Below, piece by piece: positions 58,246-64,000 of a DNA stretch of 64,000 bases (the first letter of the stretch is position 1; each line of letters starts with the position of its first letter). The stretch is from NCBI GenBank assembly GCA_002390205.1, contig DGOV01000069.1:8836-72835 (forward strand). Direction: 5' to 3'. Origin of the DNA: Proteobacteria bacterium UBA4457 (lineage in GTDB: Bacteria; Pseudomonadota; Gammaproteobacteria; Ga0077536). A program made the translations under genes and the position numbers. The notes beneath the pieces were generated by a model. That model was given only the letters and a program-made list of their open reading frames with translations, was not told the DNA's origin and did no database searches.

Positions 58246-59272
58246 AAGATTTTATTTGATCTGCCGGAGTATCTGTTACTTGGAAAGCAAAATGGCTCAG
58301 TCCATTTGCTTCGAGGATTTTAATCTTTTCGATAATCTCGTCAGGCTCCCCTATCATCGCGGCAACCTGTGCTATCTCCTCTACTAAATACTCTGACTCA
58401 TCTTTCCGAGTATAGAGTAAGTGCCCCTCGTGCAGCAGTAAATGACGCCTTTGGGGATCAAGGGTGTTTTCATATGCACGATATTTAGCAACGTAGTCTT
58501 TTATAGCGGGACTATCAGGTAGCAATTTATCGTCCCATTCACACAGCACATGCAATAGGTTTGTGATAAATGGCCCAAGACTCTTTAATACACGGTCACT
58601 ATTCGCTTTTTCCCCTTTTTTCAAAATAGCCAAAGGGATGATCGCTTTGGTAGGAACGGTTTTTCCTGACCGGCCAGCATTTTTAGCGGCGTTGTTGATT
58701 ATGCTACGATTATGTTTGAGCATGTCCAACGAAGTGTTCCAAGATAGATGAGAGTCACACTCACTACCGCAAAATTGAAGCGTTTTTTCGCCGAATGCAG
58801 ATAAAGTGAGCGGGATATGGTGTTTTAAATTCACGAACCCACTATTGGGATGTAACAATTTTATCAGCTGTGGATTGCCATCGAAGTCGTGGACTACTTC
58901 TTCGCCATTTAAAAGCGCTTGGATAGTTCTGATTTCCTTTTTCATAGTGCTTAATGGAACCGGTCTGAGACCCATAGTGAGTCGAGCGGTATTTCCATTA
59001 CCCAGTCCAAGCTCTACTCTGTTAGGAGCCAGTTGGGCGACTGTTGCTATTGAATGCGCGATCACCGCAGCCATTCGAGTTGTTGGAACGGCGACACCTG
59101 TACCGAGTTTAATGCGACTAGTTTCCTTTGCCGCGAGTGCCATTGTCGCGTAAATATCGGAATAAATCATTTGGGAATCAAAAAACCAAGCTTGATCAAA
59201 ACCACATTGTTCTGCAAGTTCCACAAGGTGATAGTCCCCTACACGAGAGGGAAATGTGACTCCAAATTCCAT
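58217..59272 (-). CDS. LLM-class flavin-dependent oxidoreductase
   Basis: 351 aa. MEFGVTFP...LAEQCGFDQAWFFDSQ and KLGTGVAVPTTR match the luciferase-like TIM-barrel family. Confidence 0.8.
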   Translation of the reverse strand: MEFGVTFPSRVGDYHLVELAEQCGFDQAWFFDSQMIYSDIYATMALAAKETSRIKLGTGVAVPTTRMAAVIAHSIATVAQLAPNRVELGLGNGNTARLTMGLRPVPLSTMKKEIRTIQALLNGEEVVHDFDGNPQLIKLLHPNSGFVNLKHHIPLTLSAFGEKTLQFCGSECDSHLSWNTSLDMLKHNRSIINNAAKNAGRSGKTVPTKAIIPLAILKKGEKANSDRVLKSLGPFITNLLHVLCEWDDKLLPDSPAIKDYVAKYRAYENTLDPQRRHLLLHEGHLLYTRKDESEYLVEEIAQVAAMIGEPDEIIEKIKILEANGLSHFAFQVTDTPADQIKSFAEQIINRY

Positions 59273-59348
59273 TACAACAATCCTTTTCTATCTTACGTAC
59301 CAGAGAAAACGGGTGATGTTTTATGGTACCCCGCAGAATATAGTCTTT

Positions 59349-60155
59349 CTAGTCTGAAAGAAAATTTCTCACCGCAACTTCTAATTTTTCGGTTTGCTCA
59401 AGCGGTGGCTCGTGCCCACAAAACGGGAGAGTAAAGACTTGAGAGTCTGTGATAGCATCCTTGAAATCATTCGCATAACTCGGAGAAATCAATTTATCGT
59501 TTTCTCCCCAAATGATCAGTGATTTTGCAGATATGCGGTGTATTCTTTTACAAAGACCTTTATCAGGGATTGGCCAGATAAGTTTAGCTGTGCATCCAAT
59601 TGTCCAAATGAAATCTCGGTCCCATAATGCTTGTTCCTCTGTCCCTTCTTCAGGGCGAGCCATTCTTTTGACGACTCTGGGAGAGCTTTGATCGTGGAAG
59701 AGTACTTCTTTCATTTCTGGGAAACTTAGAGCGCACCAGTTGGCCACCGTATAAGAAGCTTCTTCTTTCCAAAGGCCGATCGGAGCTATTAAAATCAACT
59801 TTCTTGTTTGTTTCTTACGATGGGCAGCAATTTCAGCAGCCAACATGCCGCCGAAACTATGTCCCATTATTATTGGTTGTTCTAGCCCTAGCCCTTCTAT
59901 TGCATCGTCATAAGCCAACACTGCATCCCATAGGTGTTCTAACTGTTCGATTTCATCCGGTTTCCCGGGAGCCGTACCAGGGAAGTAAGGAGCATAGATG
60001 GTGTAGTCCTTACTAAGATTTTCTAGAAAGTCATCCCAGTAAAATCCTCCGGCCGAATGGCAGAAAAAAATTGGTGGGCCGCTACCTGAGATATTCACGG
60101 TAATAGAAAGCTTGCCGCCTAAAACAGGCACTATCTTTTGAGTTAAATTAGCCAT
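59349..60155 (-). CDS. alpha/beta-fold hydrolase (esterase/lipase/C-C hydrolase type)
   Basis: It has the nucleophile elbow GHSFGG and a C-terminal His context GHEPPLE. The ATG at 60155 lies 14 nt after the upstream LLM stop. Confidence 0.85.
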   Translation of the reverse strand: MANLTQKIVPVLGGKLSITVNISGSGPPIFFCHSAGGFYWDDFLENLSKDYTIYAPYFPGTAPGKPDEIEQLEHLWDAVLAYDDAIEGLGLEQPIIMGHSFGGMLAAEIAAHRKKQTRKLILIAPIGLWKEEASYTVANWCALSFPEMKEVLFHDQSSPRVVKRMARPEEGTEEQALWDRDFIWTIGCTAKLIWPIPDKGLCKRIHRISAKSLIIWGENDKLISPSYANDFKDAITDSQVFTLPFCGHEPPLEQTEKLEVAVRNFLSD

Positions 60156-60169
60156 AACTATCTTATTCC

Positions 60170-61408
60170 TTAGGCTGCTTCTTTTTTGGTTTGCGAGACG
60201 CCCGCTTGACCTTTCGGCCACCACTTATCTTCCCAACCTTCATCATCCCAAATGCCTTTTAAATGGGGTAGGACCCCTTCTGAAATACGGCTAATGTTTT
60301 CCATTGCCTTATCGTGGGGCATTGATCCGAATTGTGGCAACAGCAGAAGGTGCCCGACATTAAGATCCTTAATAATCTCTTTTAACTTGGCTGTAACCGT
60401 AGCTGCACTTCCGGTAACTAAATAATCACGATCGTTAAACTCTTTAAAACCCATATCGTTAAACTCGTCGTAGGCTGGAAAAGGCCTTTTCGTAAGAACA
60501 TGCGTGAGACTGCTATGTGTCATGTGTCCGGGAGGCAGAAGCAATTGTTCGGGCATATGCAAAAGCTTGTGATAAAAATATTCGATATGCGGTCCATATT
60601 CTTTTTCTGCCTGCTCATCTGTCTCCGATACTCCCACTGGTATTAGATATGTCATGCGGTAGGGGTTTTTATCCTTTCCTGCCTCTTCCACCTTGTCCCA
60701 ATATCCGTCTACCATGTGCTTAGCACCTTTTGCGCCAAAATAAGTTAGGTAGCAGTACGAATAGTCATGTTCGATTACAAAGTCCCATGTACTGGGGCTG
60801 GCGTTACCCGGAACCCAAATAGGAGGGTGTGGTTCTTGCGATGGTTTGGGCCATATGTTTACCATTGGTAACTGATAATATTTTCCATTCCAAGCGAAAG
60901 GTTTGTCTGATTTCCAGGCTTTGAGGATTAGATCATGAGCCTCACGATATCGTCCGCGTTGTTCCATAGGAGCCATGCCATAGCTATAGGCATAGTCTCC
61001 ACCTAAACCTACTGGAAAGCCTGCTACTAAGCGCCCTTCGGAAATACTGTCAAGCATTGCATATTCTTCGGCCACTCGAATGGGTGGGTTTAAAAATACT
61101 GCCGTTTCTCCCATTTGGATAATCGCAGTATCAGTTCCTCGGGTCGCTCGGGCAAGAACAGAACCCATCATATTTGGATTGACCATAAACCCGTAAGCAT
61201 TCTGGTGGTGCTCGTTAGTGCAAACACCATCAAAGCCAGAATGAGCTGCATGGATTAATTCGTCTAAGGTCCAATTATAGTACTGTGAGACCATCGCTCT
61301 ATCAGCCACATCTTCGAAAGGCAATGTAAACCAAGCAGAATTATATTTTTTGTCGAAATCCGATTCTAGATCTCGATATGGCATAAGGTGAAAGCATGCG
61401 ATTTTCAT
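60170..61408 (-). CDS. LLM-class flavin-dependent monooxygenase, long (about 410 aa) subtype
   Basis: MKIACFHLMPY...NEHHQNAYGF and a luciferase-like barrel with insertion region. Confidence 0.8.
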   Translation of the reverse strand: MKIACFHLMPYRDLESDFDKKYNSAWFTLPFEDVADRAMVSQYYNWTLDELIHAAHSGFDGVCTNEHHQNAYGFMVNPNMMGSVLARATRGTDTAIIQMGETAVFLNPPIRVAEEYAMLDSISEGRLVAGFPVGLGGDYAYSYGMAPMEQRGRYREAHDLILKAWKSDKPFAWNGKYYQLPMVNIWPKPSQEPHPPIWVPGNASPSTWDFVIEHDYSYCYLTYFGAKGAKHMVDGYWDKVEEAGKDKNPYRMTYLIPVGVSETDEQAEKEYGPHIEYFYHKLLHMPEQLLLPPGHMTHSSLTHVLTKRPFPAYDEFNDMGFKEFNDRDYLVTGSAATVTAKLKEIIKDLNVGHLLLLPQFGSMPHDKAMENISRISEGVLPHLKGIWDDEGWEDKWWPKGQAGVSQTKKEAA

Positions 61409-61548
61409 AGTGGACGACCTCCCCAGGCGAACATTATTTATAGCTGTGACTAATGCATGACTTAATCTTAATAGAATTCTCCGTGATTTTGCAACTAGTG
61501 GCAGAGGGCCTTCGCATCCTAAGGTAGGAGGTTGCTTTACTGTGTTAG

Positions 61549-61998
61549 TTACATTCTTTTAGAGTAGTCCCAGGAGGTGATTCTCTCCACTTTGAGGCAT
61601 ATGGTTGACTCGTTTTCAGGCTTAGATAACAACCATTTTGCGAGTTTGCTCTCGGTGCTGCCAAGATAGCGACCAATTAACGTCGCTAGAATAGGTACTT
61701 CGCTGCTTGCTCTTAGAGTTGCGATGCCTATACCTCTAGCGCCCATATAGGGAGGAGCATCTTTGGCAACTTCAAACCCTACTTTGTTGTTGACGCGCAA
61801 CCGTTTACAAATTGTAGAATTAGACCGTGCGCTAAAGAGCATGTGTCCATCGTCATAAACGTACCAAAGTGATGTGACATTGGGAAATCCGTTTTTGTTA
61901 ATTGAAGATAATCGACAAGGGGCGACAGTCTGATGCAGATACGTCACAATCTCCGTCGTATTCCATGCGCTTGTTTTTCCAACGTTTAAATTTTCCAT
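61549..61998 (-). CDS. pyridoxamine 5'-phosphate oxidase-like split-barrel flavin-binding protein
   Basis: 149 aa. The beta-rich N-terminal pattern (CRLSSINKNGFPNVTSLWYVYDDGHMLFS) is typical of the PNPOx-like family. This is a weak motif-level call. Confidence 0.5.
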   Translation of the reverse strand: MENLNVGKTSAWNTTEIVTYLHQTVAPCRLSSINKNGFPNVTSLWYVYDDGHMLFSARSNSTICKRLRVNNKVGFEVAKDAPPYMGARGIGIATLRASSEVPILATLIGRYLGSTESKLAKWLLSKPENESTICLKVERITSWDYSKRM

Positions 61999-62023
61999 AA
62001 CTTGATTCCTTTTTTAATGCTTT

Positions 62024-62839
62024 TCACCATGGGATTTTGGACCCATCCCAGGCAATAAAAGATCCGGTGTCAGTAGAATTAAGTTTGCTTATTACGTCTA
62101 TTATTTGACGGGCTGCTGTTTGGGTGGTGAAGATTTTTTCTTTTGGAATTGCCGACTGGAAAGGTTGTGATAATTGAGTGTCTACAGTACCCGGGTGCAA
62201 AGCTACACATATGTTCAAAGGTAAGTTTCTTTGAAGCTCTATACTTAAAGTCTTAGTTAGTTGATTTAGCGCTGCTTTCGAAGAACGATAACCGTACCAG
62301 CCACCGAGACAATTATCTGAAATGCTGCCCACTCGTGCGGAAAGATTCACAATTACAGAGCGCGAGTCGCGAAGAAGAAATTTTCTTAGATGCTTGATAG
62401 CTAACATTGCACTTATGGAGTTTACCTTAAACAGCTCGACTAGGTTTTCTATATTGATATCATCAATTCTTTTTTCAGGCCGTAATTTCGAATGATGTAA
62501 GATCCCAGTGCAGTTAACCAGCAGTTCAATAGATGTGGACTGCTTAGAAAGCATCTCAGCAACTTTTATGGCGGATGACTCCACCGTAGGATCTAGTGGG
62601 AAAACTTTCAGTCGTTCCCCATAGTTTTTCATCAAAGATTTTAACCCATCGCTTGAGCTCGGATTTCGACATGTAGCGATTACTAGCTGATCAGTATTAC
62701 TTTCTAGCAGTTGATCTACAATAGCCAGTCCGATTCCCCTACTTGCGCCTTGAATTAAAGCGCAGGCTTTAGTCGGTCTTACTTTTAGCTTCACAGGAGC
62801 AATTTTTTTTCGGTCATGGCATACGGTGACGACGCACAT
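62024..62839 (-). CDS. short-chain dehydrogenase/reductase (SDR)
   Basis: It has the cofactor motif GASRGIG and catalytic YRSSK (YxxxK). The true start is probably the internal GTG (VKLKV...), about 15 codons downstream of the ORF-track start. Confidence 0.85.
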   Translation of the reverse strand: MCVVTVCHDRKKIAPVKLKVRPTKACALIQGASRGIGLAIVDQLLESNTDQLVIATCRNPSSSDGLKSLMKNYGERLKVFPLDPTVESSAIKVAEMLSKQSTSIELLVNCTGILHHSKLRPEKRIDDINIENLVELFKVNSISAMLAIKHLRKFLLRDSRSVIVNLSARVGSISDNCLGGWYGYRSSKAALNQLTKTLSIELQRNLPLNICVALHPGTVDTQLSQPFQSAIPKEKIFTTQTAARQIIDVISKLNSTDTGSFIAWDGSKIPW

Positions 62840-62896
62840 ACTTTTGGTATCTGAGCGTATTGGTGTCTCTGATTTGTATACTCGTCAATAATTAAC

Positions 62897-64000
62897 TCAC
62901 AATCGTTCAATTATAGTGACGTTAGCTTGTCCACCACCTTCACACATGGTTTGTAGTCCATATTTTCCATTCGTGCGTTCAAGCTCATGGAGTAGCGTGG
63001 TCATCAGTTTTGTACCTGTCGCTCCAATTGGATGACCGAGAGAGATTGCTCCACCGTTCACGTTAGTCTGATCACTTGAGTAATCCATGTCTTTCAGCCA
63101 TGCCATTGGAACAGGAGCGAAGGCTTCATTGATTTCTACCAAATCAATGTCCTGTATTTTCATCCCAGCTCTTCCGAGCGCGTATTTTGTCGTCATGATT
63201 GGAGCGGTAAGCATGATCATAGGATCTTCTGCTCTGACACTCATGTGATGAATACGAGCTCGAGGCTTTAGGTTGTAGCGCTTTACTGCATCCTCTGAGG
63301 CTATAAGCATTGCAGAAGAACCATCGCAAGTTTGGCTGGATATTGCCGCAGTAATACTTTTTAATCCAAAGATAGTATTTAGCTCTGACATTTTTTCAAG
63401 ACTGGTTTCTCGAGGAGTCTCATCATGATCAAGACCATTGAGTGGCACGATTTCTCGTTTAAAGCGTCCTTCTTTTATCGCGTGTAACGCTCTTCGGTGA
63501 GACTCTAACGAGTAGACTTCCATTGCTTCACGCGATAGCCCCCATTTGTCAGCCATCATTTGAGCGCCTTTGAACTGCGTAGGTGGATCTTCTCCGTATC
63601 TAGCCACCCATCCTAGCGACGTACTGAACGGATCTGGAAAACCAAACCCACCTGCCGCAACCGCAGAAGAGCCAATCGGTATTTTGGTCATAGTTTGAAC
63701 ACCACCAGCAATGACTACATCGTTAACTCCAGACATAACAGCTTGTGCTGCAAAATGCACCGACTGTTGAGAGGATCCGCATTGGCGATCAATTGTTACT
63801 CCTGGCACAGCTTCGCTGTATCCCGCGGTGAGCCAGCATGTTCTAGCGACATCTCCAGCTAGAGGGCCAATGGCGTCTATGGTTCCAAATATAACATCAT
63901 CGTATTCGTCGTCAGGAATACCATTTCTCTCTACGATAGCTTTTATAACGTGAGCGCCGAGATCCGCTGCATGAATATCCTCAAGAGAACCTTTGCGTCT
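62897..64000 (-). CDS. thiolase (acetyl-CoA C-acyltransferase), N-terminus beyond window edge
   Basis: The frame stays open from 63808 to nt 64000; I translated it as ...DLGAHVIKAIVERNGIPDDEYDDVIFG...VPGVTIDRQCGSSQQ. The active-site Cys is in RQCGSS. C-terminal motifs are NVNGGAISLGHPIGATG and CEGGGQ. Confidence 0.9.
   Translation of the reverse strand, partial: RRKGSLEDIHAADLGAHVIKAIVERNGIPDDEYDDVIFGTIDAIGPLAGDVARTCWLTAGYSEAVPGVTIDRQCGSSQQSVHFAAQAVMSGVNDVVIAGGVQTMTKIPIGSSAVAAGGFGFPDPFSTSLGWVARYGEDPPTQFKGAQMMADKWGLSREAMEVYSLESHRRALHAIKEGRFKREIVPLNGLDHDETPRETSLEKMSELNTIFGLKSITAAISSQTCDGSSAMLIASEDAVKRYNLKPRARIHHMSVRAEDPMIMLTAPIMTTKYALGRAGMKIQDIDLVEINEAFAPVPMAWLKDMDYSSDQTNVNGGAISLGHPIGATGTKLMTTLLHELERTNGKYGLQTMCEGGGQANVTIIERL

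Noticed and set aside
45616-64000. Search for island boundaries (integrase, or a direct repeat of the tRNA-Met 3' end) and for any CRISPR, transposon or defence genes
   Set aside because: None was recognised by eye. No ORF shows a recombinase, transposase, nuclease-helicase or toxin-antitoxin signature, and no tandem repeat array was seen. A string search would be needed to exclude short att repeats.

Overview
This is a 64-kb chromosomal segment that is roughly 90% coding. By eye I found no rRNA, CRISPR array, transposase, integrase, phage gene or recognisable defence system. Gene order points to a compact, moderately AT-rich gammaproteobacterial genome with Pseudomonadales/Cellvibrionales-like synteny; this is an inference from remembered synteny, not a database result. 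The supporting clusters are pcnB-folK-panC, miaB-ybeZ-ybeY-corC-lnt, aroK-aroB/gltB-gltD-hemE, priA-argS-SPOR, thiS-thiG-trmB, 6S RNA-zapA divergent from ygfB-pepP-ubiH-ubiI, and tkt-gap-pgk. Nt 1-45,500 is housekeeping. It includes two RNA genes that the ORF track cannot show: tRNA-Glu(CUC) and a 6S/SsrS RNA. From a tRNA-Met at 45.5 kb to the window end the content becomes accessory-looking and is dominated by oxidoreductases and hydrolases. This block holds a Baeyer-Villiger monooxygenase, a dehydrogenase and a P450 on the plus strand. It also holds a class I aldolase-ADH-LLM-DUF3429 operon and a ZIP transporter. A long minus-strand array runs thiolase-SDR-PNPOx-LLM-hydrolase-LLM-(triad-less trypsin/PDZ protein)-amidase-AmpG-like permease. 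I did not find a clear-cut novel system. The best candidates for undescribed biology are: (i) the LLM / dead-protease-PDZ / amidase / AmpG-family permease operon; (ii) the BVMO-dehydrogenase-P450 module, whose P450 has no redox partner in the window; (iii) a small HhH protein translationally coupled to a membrane protein gene interrupted by an in-frame TAG; and (iv) a few unusually long ORF-free spacers in an otherwise tightly packed genome. All functional calls rest on motif recognition and remembered family signatures. No searches were run.
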